DNA of 64,000 nucleotides from a virus, in the IMG/VR virus record IMGVR_UViG_3300028898_000109, positions 1 through 64,000 of that record. One strand, given 5' to 3'. A model generated the notes under the pieces. It ran no database searches. It saw only the letters and a program-made list of their open reading frames with translations, and had not been told where the DNA came from. Positions 43,885 through 53,334 of the stretch are shown here, piece after piece; positions within the stretch are counted from its first letter, which is position 1; every line of letters begins with the position of its first letter. Made by a program: the position numbers and the translations under genes.

Positions 43885-44071
43885 GTTCTATCCTTTTCAA
43901 ATATACTTCCTGAGAAAAATCAAGTGTTATAGTGTAAACTTTGTGAAAAGATGCTGTTAGTGCATTCATAGGGTTAATTTTAGCCAAAGGTTTTGATGTT
44001 TCGTGCTTAGAGATAAATTTAACTCTCTCCGGATTACACACGAATAATTTTGTAACATTTACCTCATTCAT
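43868..44071 (-). CDS. hypothetical protein
   Basis: 67-codon ORF. Confidence 0.4.
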   Translation of the reverse strand: MNEVNVTKLFVCNPERVKFISKHETSKPLAKINPMNALTASFHKVYTITLDFSQEVYLKRIEHAGCN

Positions 44072-44096
44072 ACAAAAATCTTTCTATTAAAGTTCT

Positions 44097-44387
44097 CTAC
44101 CCTAGTAAGGTAGTCAGTAGTCTTTCCACCTTTTCTCTATTGAGAATGTTAGTAGCGAATCTGTGTTTCTCTATGCTAGATGCTTTTATATCTACGATCT
44201 CATAAGCTGAGGACATAAGGGTATTAATGTAGCCATATCTATAAGCTAACAAAAAACTTTTTTTATTATCATCACCAACTGAGTACCATTTTCCATCTAT
44301 TTCATAAACAGTCTGCCGATCTATCCTAACTGGTGGCTCTGGATTTACTACTTTTTGTTTTGGTATTTTTTGTTTCTTTTTACTCAT
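44097..44387 (-). CDS. hypothetical basic protein
   Basis: track frame trimmed to ATG (MSKKKQKIPKQ). Confidence 0.5.
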   Translation of the reverse strand: MSKKKQKIPKQKVVNPEPPVRIDRQTVYEIDGKWYSVGDDNKKSFLLAYRYGYINTLMSSAYEIVDIKASSIEKHRFATNILNREKVERLLTTLLG

Positions 44388-44547
44388 CTTGATCTCCAAA
44401 TTCACTTAATTGTTTTTTGTTTCGTTTTTCCAAACCCGCTGTAGACAAAACTTGATACAATATATCCCAAATACCTTGTTTGTCCCTGTGTATTTTGGCT
44501 TTACCTTTTCTCCACACTTTAGTTGGATCAAACTGCCAACTCTGCAT
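44380..44547 (-). CDS. small protein (55 aa, below cutoff)
   Basis: hand translation MQSWQFDPTKVWRKGKAKIHRDKQGIWDILYQVLSTAGLEKRNKKQLSEFGDQDE; ATGAGTAA overlap with the downstream start. Confidence 0.35.
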   Translation of the reverse strand: MQSWQFDPTKVWRKGKAKIHRDKQGIWDILYQVLSTAGLEKRNKKQLSEFGDQDE

Positions 44548-44674
44548 TGTAGGAACCGTATTTTCCCTTAGTACTAACTGTCGTTTTTACATCATTGCTA
44601 ATGTAAGCTCTGCATAGCTCTTTTGAATTTTTCTCAAACCCTCGTGGCCATAATTCTACTTTAACAACTATCAT
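44528..44674 (-). CDS. small protein (48 aa, below cutoff)
   Basis: hand translation MIVVKVELWPRGFEKNSKELCRAYISNDVKTTVSTKGKYGSYNAELAV; GGAG upstream. Confidence 0.35.
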   Translation of the reverse strand: MIVVKVELWPRGFEKNSKELCRAYISNDVKTTVSTKGKYGSYNAELAV

Positions 44675-44701
44675 AAATCTCCAACATAAATTTCATGAAA
44701 C

Positions 44702-45007
44702 TTATACTACTTCTTGCTTTACTTCAGTTTCTTCTTTAATAAATTCAGAAAGTTTTTCAATCAATTTTGGCAAGGAGGCTATCGTTATATTATTGTCTAC
44801 GAGGTCTATTGCTGCTAAGTACCCATTAGAATCCATAATATTTCTTATTTGAATAGTTACGATTTTATCGTCAGTTAGGAACACGCTGTATACAAATTTT
44901 TTATCTGTATAATCCAACATCATTCCCCAATCAGAAGTACATATCTCCCATTTGCTGAGATCTGGGTCTACTTTTTTGATTTGAGTTATTAACGACTCTA
45001 ATTTCAT
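44702..45007 (-). CDS. hypothetical protein, tandem paralog A
   Basis: MKLESLITQIKKVDPDLSKWEI..KKFVYSV parallels 45035..45313. Confidence 0.55.
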   Translation of the reverse strand: MKLESLITQIKKVDPDLSKWEICTSDWGMMLDYTDKKFVYSVFLTDDKIVTIQIRNIMDSNGYLAAIDLVDNNITIASLPKLIEKLSEFIKEETEVKQEVV

Positions 45008-45034
45008 AATGTTATTCCTTTACAACTATCCTTT

Positions 45035-45313
45035 TTACTCTACGTCTATGAAGCCTTTTAATTCTTTTATTATTTTGGGAATTTCGGAAACTGGTCTTCC
45101 CTCAGCATGGAAGTCTAAGTTACCTACAATAGAAAATACACCTGGTGTTCTCAATTGAGCATTAATTATTTGATCGCTACAGATAGTAATACTATAAACA
45201 AACTTTTTGGTAAAGTACTCAAGAACAAATCCTTCATCGTCCTCTTGTATATCCCACTTGTTAAAGTTTGGATCTACTTTTTTGACTTGGGTTATCAGTG
45301 CGCCTAATTTCAT
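45035..45313 (-). CDS. hypothetical protein, tandem paralog B
   Basis: MKLGALITQVKKVDPNFNKWDI..KKFVYSI. Confidence 0.55.
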   Translation of the reverse strand: MKLGALITQVKKVDPNFNKWDIQEDDEGFVLEYFTKKFVYSITICSDQIINAQLRTPGVFSIVGNLDFHAEGRPVSEIPKIIKELKGFIDVE

Positions 45314-45325
45314 AATGCTATTCCT

Positions 45326-45880
45326 TCACAGTGGAACAAAAATACTAGGGTTAACTCTTTTTCCTAAAACATACGCAATGGAGCTTAAAGTGTCAATACT
45401 AAAGTCCTCGTCACCTGATAAAATACTTTCAAGCTTTTGTTTACTCATATTTAACGCTTTGCACACACTTGCTTTAGTTTTTCTGTTGTTGATAATTTTT
45501 TCAAGTTCTGCCGTTATCACTATTTTGGTAGATCCTCTAATTACTTCATCTGATTCTTTCGCGTTGTGTAGCAGTAACTCGTAATCAGCTCCGCAGTTTA
45601 CACACATTTCATGCTCAAAGCTACATTCGTTACAAACCACGGGTGTGTTGTAGTTTGGATGCACCTGTTTTTTGTTACAAATTGTACAGCTCCACTCTTT
45701 AAAAGCATGAAGAGTAACTCTACCTTGGGCAATATAAAAGCAATATCTACAATACTGATTATTTATTCTTTCATTGTGGTCTCTGTCCAAGTCATACGCA
45801 GCTAGGTTAAGCCTTAACTGACTAACTCTTTTTAACACTCTCAAAGATTTTATATCTTTATTTTTCTTTATTTCACTCAT
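45326..45880 (-). CDS. Cys-rich zinc-finger plus XRE-type HTH protein
   Basis: CRYC..CTIC..CNEC..CVNC then KASVCKALNMSKQKLESILSGDEDFSIDTLSSIAYVLG. Confidence 0.55.
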   Translation of the reverse strand: MSEIKKNKDIKSLRVLKRVSQLRLNLAAYDLDRDHNERINNQYCRYCFYIAQGRVTLHAFKEWSCTICNKKQVHPNYNTPVVCNECSFEHEMCVNCGADYELLLHNAKESDEVIRGSTKIVITAELEKIINNRKTKASVCKALNMSKQKLESILSGDEDFSIDTLSSIAYVLGKRVNPSIFVPL

Positions 45881-46211
45881 TTTTGACCTCTACATAAATA
45901 TTAGTGAAACACCGAGCCTCTTTTTCTCCATCCAGCCAAGTTAGAGTTACTCCTGTTCTAGCATTTTTAGTTCTCCATATATTGCCAGTTCTCATGTAGT
46001 ACACATCCCCTTTCGTCCCACTCTCGTAACTCCCTAGTTTTGGGTTCTTTCTCATTCTAGGAGCTGCAACTTTTTCACTTGGGCATAAGGATATGTAAAT
46101 TTTATCTTCCTGCTCTAGGTCTACTAGTATATCATGTATTCCGATAACACACAGAATTACTATTCCGGCAAGAATTGAAGAAAGAGATACTCCCAGTAAC
46201 CAACCCTTCAT
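45873..46211 (-). CDS. N-terminally membrane-anchored protein
   Basis: MKGWLLGVSLSSILAGIVILCVIGI. Confidence 0.5.
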   Translation of the reverse strand: MKGWLLGVSLSSILAGIVILCVIGIHDILVDLEQEDKIYISLCPSEKVAAPRMRKNPKLGSYESGTKGDVYYMRTGNIWRTKNARTGVTLTWLDGEKEARCFTNIYVEVKNE

Positions 46212-46420
46212 ACTGCTTCCTTTTTATTTTTAATGCCCTTGTTGATATTTTTAGTAAGCTTTTCTAGCATAATTAAAATACCTAGGTCAAATTTCATAAA
46301 TTCTAGTAGGTGAAGTACACCAAATATAAGTACAGACGTTTCAAAGTATTGATTATTAGTCACAGTATTTTCTAGTTTCTGTGGTACACTGTACCATAAA
46401 ATTAACACCCGTAGAATCAA
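46208..46420 (-). CDS. doubtful small ORF
   Basis: 65-nt overlap with the P-loop gene; only part of it can be real. Confidence 0.25.
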   Translation of the reverse strand: MILRVLILWYSVPQKLENTVTNNQYFETSVLIFGVLHLLEFMKFDLGILIMLEKLTKNINKGIKNKKEAV

Positions 46421-46691
46421 AAGTCATTCCTTTAATATTACCTAAGCTCTGTAGCAAGACTAATGACTCATCAATATAAATAGGTCTAGGATCTTTTTTA
46501 AATTTTCCCTTCATTAATTGAGTGAAGGAGCCAAGGTTACTATTAGGCAACCTGCCACCGGAAGTAGCCTTAGCTAGCTCTATGGTTAGAGAAATAAATA
46601 TCCCATTGTTCTTACTAACTTCTTCGATTAATTTTGTGGTTTTACCGGAACCATTATGTCCTATGAACATTAGCATGTCTGTCTTTATCAT
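46356..46691 (-). CDS. mini P-loop NTPase (111 aa)
   Basis: Walker A GHNGSGKTT, Walker B-like PIYIDES. Confidence 0.55.
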   Translation of the reverse strand: MIKTDMLMFIGHNGSGKTTKLIEEVSKNNGIFISLTIELAKATSGGRLPNSNLGSFTQLMKGKFKKDPRPIYIDESLVLLQSLGNIKGMTFDSTGVNFMVQCTTETRKYCD

Positions 46692-46993
46692 ATCTGTTTT
46701 GCCTTTCTTTTCAGAAGCAGTTCTAAATTTTTTACTTTTGCGTTACTTAACTCTAAAGCATGTTTAATTTGCGCATAGTCTTTTCTAACCAAGTTGATAT
46801 GCTTTAGTAGTTCTGACCTATATTCAACTCTGGCCAAACATACATCATGGCCTTCAACCCATTTGCTTATGGGTGCTAAAATTCTATCATTCGAGAACAG
46901 AAGATACTTATTTTTAAGTAGGTCTGTATACTTTTTTGAGTTTTTTGAAATTCTCTCAAACTCAGTTGTTTTAACTAGGGTGTATCCAAACAT
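46688..46993 (-). CDS. hypothetical protein
   Basis: 101-codon ORF, 4-nt overlap downstream. Confidence 0.5.
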   Translation of the reverse strand: MFGYTLVKTTEFERISKNSKKYTDLLKNKYLLFSNDRILAPISKWVEGHDVCLARVEYRSELLKHINLVRKDYAQIKHALELSNAKVKNLELLLKRKAKQI

Positions 46994-47313
46994 TGTACTT
47001 CCCTCTGTACGGTTGTCTTAATTTGTGGGTATGAGTCAGACGGTTGTACATGCCATCCCAATTTCATTTCCCTGTGGAACATCTTATCCTCAAACAACTT
47101 TGTTACTGTCTTAACTTTGTCTGCCGAAATAGAATCTTGTGCAAATGTTATTCCTTTTTCGTGATCCCTGCAATCCCAAACTTGACCGAAGGTTTCATTT
47201 CCCTCATCGTCTATTACTACTTCTAAAGCCAAGCCCATAGGGTGAAGGAGTAATCTATTTACTTCCTGTAATAAACCTAACTCTCTAAATTCTTTTGCCG
47301 TGATCTTTTTCAT
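46975..47313 (-). CDS. hypothetical protein
   Basis: 112-codon ORF. Confidence 0.5.
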   Translation of the reverse strand: MKKITAKEFRELGLLQEVNRLLLHPMGLALEVVIDDEGNETFGQVWDCRDHEKGITFAQDSISADKVKTVTKLFEDKMFHREMKLGWHVQPSDSYPQIKTTVQREVQCLDTP

Positions 47314-47633
47314 ACTTTACTTTCCTTTTCAATCTTAGAATGCCATTGTTTGTCAAAGTCATAAAAAGCATTGGCAGGGCTATCTCCAAATCCAGCCACG
47401 CCACACGCAATATTATCACCAAATAAAGCACACCAAGAATTACCATCTTTGAATAGCTTAGGTTGATACACTGTGGATGGTCTTGAGTATTCTCTGAAAA
47501 TATCTTCTATTCTTTCTGGCAAACTGTACATTCCGCTCATTGCATTACTTACAGCTCCTTCAACGACAGAATCAGTGTTGCAATAACTAAATTGACTTCT
47601 AACAGCTTGAACTACAGCATCATAATTGCTCAT
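47310..47633 (-). CDS. hypothetical protein
   Basis: 107-codon ORF, 4-nt overlaps on both sides. Confidence 0.5.
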   Translation of the reverse strand: MSNYDAVVQAVRSQFSYCNTDSVVEGAVSNAMSGMYSLPERIEDIFREYSRPSTVYQPKLFKDGNSWCALFGDNIACGVAGFGDSPANAFYDFDKQWHSKIEKESKV

Positions 47634-47953
47634 AAATCAAATCCCTTAAACATATCCTCAAATCCCTTAAACATATCCTTTAGTACATCAGACTTATTAC
47701 CATTTTTGTAAGCCAGAGTACCTACGCGTAGCTTAGTTTCAATGTCACCCAGTAAAGTTTCTACTCTTACCAGTCTACTATCAATTTCTTTTTCCTTCTG
47801 GATCAGTCTTTGCTCAATGGCTTCTAATTTTTTCTTTAAAACGTAAATACCTACAAGCTCTTTTAATTCTTTTAGGTTAGTACCGCGGGAGGAATTTTTA
47901 AGAACATTTATCAGTTCCTCGTATTTAGAATTTGAAGTCTCAGAGTTTCCCAT
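47630..47953 (-). CDS. coiled-coil protein
   Basis: track frame trimmed to the ATG (MGNSETSNS) just after the upstream stop. Confidence 0.5.
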   Translation of the reverse strand: MGNSETSNSKYEELINVLKNSSRGTNLKELKELVGIYVLKKKLEAIEQRLIQKEKEIDSRLVRVETLLGDIETKLRVGTLAYKNGNKSDVLKDMFKGFEDMFKGFDL

Positions 47954-47954
47954 A

Positions 47955-48290
47955 TTATTTTTTATCGCAAAGGTAGAATTGATCAGCCAAGGCTTCAAAG
48001 AATTTTTTGCTGGCAGCATCCGAACTAATTTTTGGGTTTAGCTCAACGTGACCACGAGTAATTATCACTAGGTCTTCACATCTAGACTCCTGTCTGAATG
48101 CTAACTCACCATTTGGTGGAATAGGAAGGTTCTCATATTGACAGTCCGTAAAAACTATTCTAGGTGTGTTTTCACTCGTTCTAATAATGAGAGAAGTATC
48201 TGTTTTTGGTGGTTCCTTTGGTGGGACAATAAACTTAAGTGACGCATAACAGCTTGCACTCACAAAATACATAAAAATTACTTTTTTCAT
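47955..48290 (-). CDS. secreted protein (signal peptide)
   Basis: trimmed to MKKVIFMYFVSASCYASL. Confidence 0.5.
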   Translation of the reverse strand: MKKVIFMYFVSASCYASLKFIVPPKEPPKTDTSLIIRTSENTPRIVFTDCQYENLPIPPNGELAFRQESRCEDLVIITRGHVELNPKISSDAASKKFFEALADQFYLCDKK

Positions 48291-48291
48291 A

Positions 48292-48507
48292 CTAGTTGAT
48301 CCCAGGTTTAAAGGCACTGTTTATGGGTTTGGGAACGTGTACCCTCACAAGCTCTTCCAATTGCTCAGCTTTTATTCTTGCTTGCTTCATGTATTCCATC
48401 ATTTCCGTGTACCATTCATAACCTACTAAGTAGTGTTTATCACACGCTAATACCTGCATACTTAATAAGTCCTCAGATAGTTTTGTTTCACTCTTTTCTT
48501 TTTGCAT
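48292..48507 (-). CDS. hypothetical protein
   Basis: 71-codon ORF. Confidence 0.45.
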   Translation of the reverse strand: MQKEKSETKLSEDLLSMQVLACDKHYLVGYEWYTEMMEYMKQARIKAEQLEELVRVHVPKPINSAFKPGIN

Positions 48508-49012
48508 ACTGTTCCCTTGACATTAAAATTTTTTCCAATGATTCTTCCCACACATCTCGAGTTGGCCACATTGCAAGTCTGCCATCACTGTCAGCTTTTT
48601 GGTCTGGCAAACCCATGAAAGTGAAAATTACAGATTCGTGATCTATCTCACCTTTTGATATAGCACCCCTTATGTGGTTTATAACTAGCATATTGCTGAC
48701 CCAATGAAATGTGTTACCTGTGGCATTTTTTATTTCCTCGGCAACTACCATTGACCTAGCATCCGAATAGTGATTTCCCTGTTCAGAATCATATACTACT
48801 TTATGTGTTTTTATTTTACACACTTTTTTGTCTTTTTCCATTTCAAGTTTACCTGGCAGATTTTTCATTCTTTCAAGCATAGCATCTATCGCACCCTGTT
48901 GACAAGAGCATATAGGAGTTCTGTACGTGAAATCCCCACCTAGTAATACGTAATCTCCAGGAGGAATTACTTTTCCACATCTGGTACACATTATTTCCTT
49001 ACTTTTTAGCAT
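48488..49012 (-). CDS. hypothetical protein with N-terminal Cys pairs
   Basis: CTRCG ... CSC. Confidence 0.5.
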   Translation of the reverse strand: MLKSKEIMCTRCGKVIPPGDYVLLGGDFTYRTPICSCQQGAIDAMLERMKNLPGKLEMEKDKKVCKIKTHKVVYDSEQGNHYSDARSMVVAEEIKNATGNTFHWVSNMLVINHIRGAISKGEIDHESVIFTFMGLPDQKADSDGRLAMWPTRDVWEESLEKILMSREQYAKRKE

Positions 49013-49051
49013 ATTTATTCCTAATTTCCATTTTAGTACTCACTCAGTTTA

Positions 49052-49354
49052 TCATCGTCTTTCGTAAAATATTCCAGACGAAGGCTCCTGGCTAAGGCCC
49101 TTAAAGAATGTCAGTTGACCATGTAAAATACGACACAAGTACATAAAGTCTAATTCTATCGTAGGGTTTCCATCTATGAGTTTAGCGTCTCTCTTCGCCA
49201 AATAAATTTGAGATTCGTTAATCTTATCTTTTGGTTTATGCTTTTTTATTTTAAATAAGTCACCTTTTTTGATTTCAGCCATAGGAATTTCTACTTCCCT
49301 TAGTACCAAGCACATTTTTGGTTTAACTTTTTTGTCTTTTAATTTTTTAGTCAT
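49052..49354 (-). CDS. hypothetical protein
   Basis: trimmed to the ATG preceded by AAGGA. Confidence 0.45.
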   Translation of the reverse strand: MTKKLKDKKVKPKMCLVLREVEIPMAEIKKGDLFKIKKHKPKDKINESQIYLAKRDAKLIDGNPTIELDFMYLCRILHGQLTFFKGLSQEPSSGIFYERR

Positions 49355-49358
49355 GCTG

Positions 49359-49559
49359 TTATTTCCTTTTACCAATTATCGCAGCCAAGGAGTCAATTAG
49401 AACAACCTCTTGCTTTTGCATATCATCATTGCTAGCCTCTAGTAAGCGACGAATACTAATAAAACCTTCCTCAAAATTTGAGGGACAACACGTAACACAC
49501 TGCTGCGTCCCTGGCAAGTGATTGCACAAAAGGCTTTTATCGTTTATGTTACTTGTCAT
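49359..49559 (-). CDS. hypothetical protein
   Basis: 66-codon ORF. Confidence 0.45.
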   Translation of the reverse strand: MTSNINDKSLLCNHLPGTQQCVTCCPSNFEEGFISIRRLLEASNDDMQKQEVVLIDSLAAIIGKRK

Positions 49560-49579
49560 ATTTATACCCCTTCTAACTA

Positions 49580-49744
49580 TTACGGAATAAACTTAATAAT
49601 CCGCACTACTAAAAACTCACAAAGGCTCTCAAGCCAATTAATCTTCCTTGCCTCGTAAGGAAACTCGACAGGGCAGCAATTAGCGCAATGCTCTTCCGCT
49701 GGGTTAATGTGGCAATCACACTTACAATATCCACTATTTGTCAT
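49580..49744 (-). CDS. small Cys-rich protein (54 aa, below cutoff)
   Basis: hand translation MTNSGYCKCDCHINPAEEHCANCCPVEFPYEARKINWLESLCEFLVVRIIKFIP; start overlaps the upstream stop. Confidence 0.35.
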   Translation of the reverse strand: MTNSGYCKCDCHINPAEEHCANCCPVEFPYEARKINWLESLCEFLVVRIIKFIP

Positions 49745-50021
49745 CGCTCCATATCCCCTTTACAGTGTCTACTGTATATTGCATTTCAATTATGTTCTCT
49801 ACTACCCTACTAGGATTGTAAGGCGTCTCTGTATACTCAGTCCATCTTAAAAAATCTTTACCATCCAGTTCAAGAGTTGTGCTTCTAATAAAATATTTAA
49901 CAATCTCTTGCTTACAGTGTTCGGAAGTGTATCTTAATGCAATATACCTAGGTGGCCTATCATAGTTCTCAACTTCAACTAGGGTTAAATGTCCGTCCGC
50001 CTCTAAAACTTCCCTTTTCAT
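49734..50021 (-). CDS. hypothetical protein
   Basis: 95-codon ORF. Confidence 0.5.
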   Translation of the reverse strand: MKREVLEADGHLTLVEVENYDRPPRYIALRYTSEHCKQEIVKYFIRSTTLELDGKDFLRWTEYTETPYNPSRVVENIIEMQYTVDTVKGIWSDDK

Positions 50022-50023
50022 TT

Positions 50024-51352
50024 TTAAAATACTAAGTCATGTAGATTCAAAGATTGCGCCACTCTCTTAGCGTCCAGAAGGTCTAAAAAGGCACTATCAA
50101 CAGAATCTCTTCTACCAGCTTTGACTGTAAATAAAATGTCAACTAACGGATTACCAGTAGCTTTAATAGCTAACGCGAAATCTTTTTGCACCTCTATGTG
50201 TTTGCAAGAGCTATAAATATTTTTTAGATCCTGCCTTACGGTATCAATCACTTCTTTTATTGCAGAGTACTGTTTAGCGTATTGAGGAAAATAACTCAAA
50301 AACTCACTACCTTCGTTATGTATTGCTAAGTGAGTCAGGCTTCTAACCGTATGACTAGGCCCTTCTTTAGCGTGAGTTAGTGCAACGTAACTAGGATTTT
50401 TAACTTTTACACGGTTGAATCTTCTGTCAACTACTACGTATCCCTCTTCCAAAGCAGGTAATCTTTGAGCCATTTTTGCAATATCAGCAAGGCTATCACA
50501 CCTATATTCTTTAGGTGTTCTTAGCTCATTGTCTGGGCCAAACATTTTAACGTCAGGTTGTCTCTCAAAACCTAACAAGTCTCTTCTTCCTATTAACACT
50601 AATTGCGGCTCATTATAATTTGTTAGTACTTTGTTATATTTTGTAGCTAATTCAAAAGTATAGCATTCAGAAATATCAAGCTGTTGTAGACTTGCTTTGA
50701 AATCTTTGAAAGTTTTCCAAAATAAATCTGCCAACGTAAAATCTTGCCCAGGTAGCTCACCTTCCGCATCAATGGTACCCAGAGTTTGCACTCTCCATTC
50801 ACCATTATAGTAGTACAGAGTCATACATGTTCCATCAACTTTTTCCAGAATACGAGCGGAGTCCCAATCTATAACCGCTGCCTCAGATTCCCCATAATTA
50901 AAAAACTTTTTAAAAGGTAATGACACTATCCTCCAATTTTTTCTGTCCAAAATTAGACCTCTACACTCTTGTACTATCGCAGACCGCAGAGGAGAATCTA
51001 ACTGAGAATATTTAAACAGAACTAGGTCACCTTTTTCAACTATTTTTATAGCTTTTAATCTGAGCTTATTCAAGGCATCCTCAACATTCTCGGATGCTCT
51101 TAAGTATTTCTGAATTTCTAAACTCATACTTTCTCCTTTGGATTTCTCCTTTGGTATCAATCCAAACTTATCAATCAAAATAAAGTGCATCACATCCTTG
51201 CTGAGAGTCATGTAATCTTTGTCTTTATTCATACAAATATACTTAGCCACTTCCGTAGAACATTCCCTAATTATAGAATTTCTAGCAGTTGGATCGTAGT
51301 TTTCCGGGTACTTTACTGTAATTTCCATTTGCTCCTCAATCATACAAGGCAC
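50024..51352 (-). CDS. ATP-dependent RNA ligase-like nucleotidyltransferase (Rnl1 / tRNA-ligase type) with N-terminal extension
   Basis: motif I EKVDGTCMTLYY, FEL, EGYVVVD, RVKVKNPSY in ligase order. Confidence 0.6.
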   Translation of the reverse strand: MPCMIEEQMEITVKYPENYDPTARNSIIRECSTEVAKYICMNKDKDYMTLSKDVMHFILIDKFGLIPKEKSKGESMSLEIQKYLRASENVEDALNKLRLKAIKIVEKGDLVLFKYSQLDSPLRSAIVQECRGLILDRKNWRIVSLPFKKFFNYGESEAAVIDWDSARILEKVDGTCMTLYYYNGEWRVQTLGTIDAEGELPGQDFTLADLFWKTFKDFKASLQQLDISECYTFELATKYNKVLTNYNEPQLVLIGRRDLLGFERQPDVKMFGPDNELRTPKEYRCDSLADIAKMAQRLPALEEGYVVVDRRFNRVKVKNPSYVALTHAKEGPSHTVRSLTHLAIHNEGSEFLSYFPQYAKQYSAIKEVIDTVRQDLKNIYSSCKHIEVQKDFALAIKATGNPLVDILFTVKAGRRDSVDSAFLDLLDAKRVAQSLNLHDLVF

Positions 51353-51584
51353 TCCCTACTTTAATTTTTTCTCTTGACATAAAAGCGTGTACATCTCCGT
51401 TTATCTTTCCCAAATAGGAACATGTATGTTCATATATGTCTGCTCCCTCTATTGCAACACACTTCAGAGTTGATCTTTTTAACTGCTCCAGATCCTCAGC
51501 CTCCTTAGCAAACATTTTAATACTACGAGGTTCTCCGATATACTTATCTAGCTGATCCATAAAACACTCTACTTGAAAAATCAT
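51336..51584 (-). CDS. hypothetical protein
   Basis: 82-codon ORF between the RtcB and ligase genes. Confidence 0.45.
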   Translation of the reverse strand: MIFQVECFMDQLDKYIGEPRSIKMFAKEAEDLEQLKRSTLKCVAIEGADIYEHTCSYLGKINGDVHAFMSREKIKVGSALYD

Positions 51585-51588
51585 AATA

Positions 51589-52788
51589 TTAACCCTTAAC
51601 GCAAAGAATTTGTTTTAGCTCTGCAACTACCTCTACGCAATCTTTTTGATTGTTCATAACCTCGTCAATATCTTTGTACGCTCCTGGTATTTCATCTAGT
51701 ACACCCATGTCTTTACGGCATTCCACTCCTAAAGTTTGAATTTCCATATCCTCAAGTGTGAATACTTTTTTAGCTTTACCACGAGACATTCGTCTGCCTG
51801 CACCATGGGAGCAAGATGAATAGGATTCCGCATTTCCTAATCCCTTAACTATGTAGCTTTTTTGCCCCATAGATCCAGGTATAATACCAAGTTCTCCAAT
51901 CTTAGCACTCACAGCTCCTTTACGAGTAACTAATGCGTATCCTAACGGAGTATCCTCTGCAGATATATAATTATGATGACAACTCACTTTTAATTTTGTT
52001 AGCTTAGTGGGACCTACATCTTCATTTAAGACAAACAAAGAAAGTTGTCTCAGTACTCTTAACATCATTTCTTCTCTATTAGCACTGGCATACTTTTGGC
52101 AGAAAAATAAATCTCTGATGTAATCATCGTAAGCAGAAGTTCCAACAACTAAGGCGGCTAGATCTGGGTCTATAATCATTTCACCGAATTTTTTAACTAA
52201 CTCTCCCATTAAACCTTTGGCTTTGTTAATATGGTAATCTGCTAACTCTTTGCCTATGTTCCTAGAACCGCTATGTAGCATTATCCAAATGTTATTTTCT
52301 TTGTCGGTGCATATCTCAATAAAATGATTGCCTCCGCCCAAAGAACCAAGTTGTAACGCTGCGTTAGATAGAAATTTCTCAGCTCTTTCTGAGGGAACAC
52401 CAATGTTTAAAAATGATGTAGCTGCTCTATTTGTCAGTGTTTCGTTAGATTTAAATCCTACGGGCACTGACGCTTCTATTTGATCCCTTAAAATTTTTAG
52501 ACTTTTGTTGTCGAAGTCACTTAGGCTGAAAGGTGTCTTTGTTGCAATCGCGCCACAGCCAATATCTACACCCACAACCGTTGGGCTCAATGCTTCCTTC
52601 TGTACTATAACGCTGCCTACTGTTGCACCTTTGCCATAGTGACAATCGGGCATAGCCGATACGCCTAACACCCATGGCAAATTAGCCACATTTCGTAATT
52701 GATTTAAAGCTTCGCTCTCAACCTTGGACAGGTCATCAACAAAAACTTTTACTGGTACTTTTGAACCTTGTAATATTTGATAGGGCAT
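51589..52788 (-). CDS. rtcB: RtcB-family 3'-phosphate/5'-hydroxyl RNA ligase
   Basis: MPDCHYGKGATVGSV, DIGCG, GGGNHFIE, HSGSRNIG, HHNY, SCSHGAGR: the full RtcB metal/GMP-binding motif set. Confidence 0.9.
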   Translation of the reverse strand: MPYQILQGSKVPVKVFVDDLSKVESEALNQLRNVANLPWVLGVSAMPDCHYGKGATVGSVIVQKEALSPTVVGVDIGCGAIATKTPFSLSDFDNKSLKILRDQIEASVPVGFKSNETLTNRAATSFLNIGVPSERAEKFLSNAALQLGSLGGGNHFIEICTDKENNIWIMLHSGSRNIGKELADYHINKAKGLMGELVKKFGEMIIDPDLAALVVGTSAYDDYIRDLFFCQKYASANREEMMLRVLRQLSLFVLNEDVGPTKLTKLKVSCHHNYISAEDTPLGYALVTRKGAVSAKIGELGIIPGSMGQKSYIVKGLGNAESYSSCSHGAGRRMSRGKAKKVFTLEDMEIQTLGVECRKDMGVLDEIPGAYKDIDEVMNNQKDCVEVVAELKQILCVKG

Positions 52789-52803
52789 AATTTATTTCCT
52801 TAC

Positions 52804-53172
52804 TTATATTGTTGTACTTTGTATGTAAAGCGCAACATCATTATCCGTGAAGTCCCCGCTTAACTTTGGATCACAGCTTTTAAAACGCAATAGTTCTTGA
52901 TATATGATACTTACAAGAGAAAAGTGAAGCTCCTCACTGACTACTTGTCTTGGATTATCACACATCCTACTAGAGGCTTTAGAAGCTGAAGCTTCTGCTT
53001 GTGTTTTAAATTTTTCTGGTACTAAGGAAAGCCATAAACTCACATCAAAACAAGTAGGATTCTGGTTTTTATCAAAATATTTGAAATTTCCACGAGCATC
53101 AAATACAGGGGCACCAAAACCTACGTAGGTATTAATAAATTTGAAAGTAAGTTCTACTACTGCCCATCCCAT
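52804..53172 (-). CDS. hypothetical protein
   Basis: 122-codon ORF, first gene after the AT-rich gap. Confidence 0.5.
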   Translation of the reverse strand: MGWAVVELTFKFINTYVGFGAPVFDARGNFKYFDKNQNPTCFDVSLWLSLVPEKFKTQAEASASKASSRMCDNPRQVVSEELHFSLVSIIYQELLRFKSCDPKLSGDFTDNDVALYIQSTTI

Positions 53173-53293
53173 AAAGTTTCCTATCGTTATACAAAGCTAG
53201 TTTTTATTAAGTACTTAACTTTTTACCTGAATAAAATTAATAAAAATAAAAAATAAATAATTGAATTTATTACATACTCTAAAAATATACATC

Positions 53294-53322
53294 ATATTAG
53301 TGTACACTTGTTTTAATATCAA
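53294..53322 (-). promoter_or_regulatory. sigma-70-type promoter candidate for the RtcB operon
   Basis: minus strand reads TTGATA, 17 nt (TTAAAACAAGTGTACAC), TAATAT, inside a 160-nt AT-rich gap. Confidence 0.35.
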
Positions 53323-53334
53323 TGTTATTCACAC

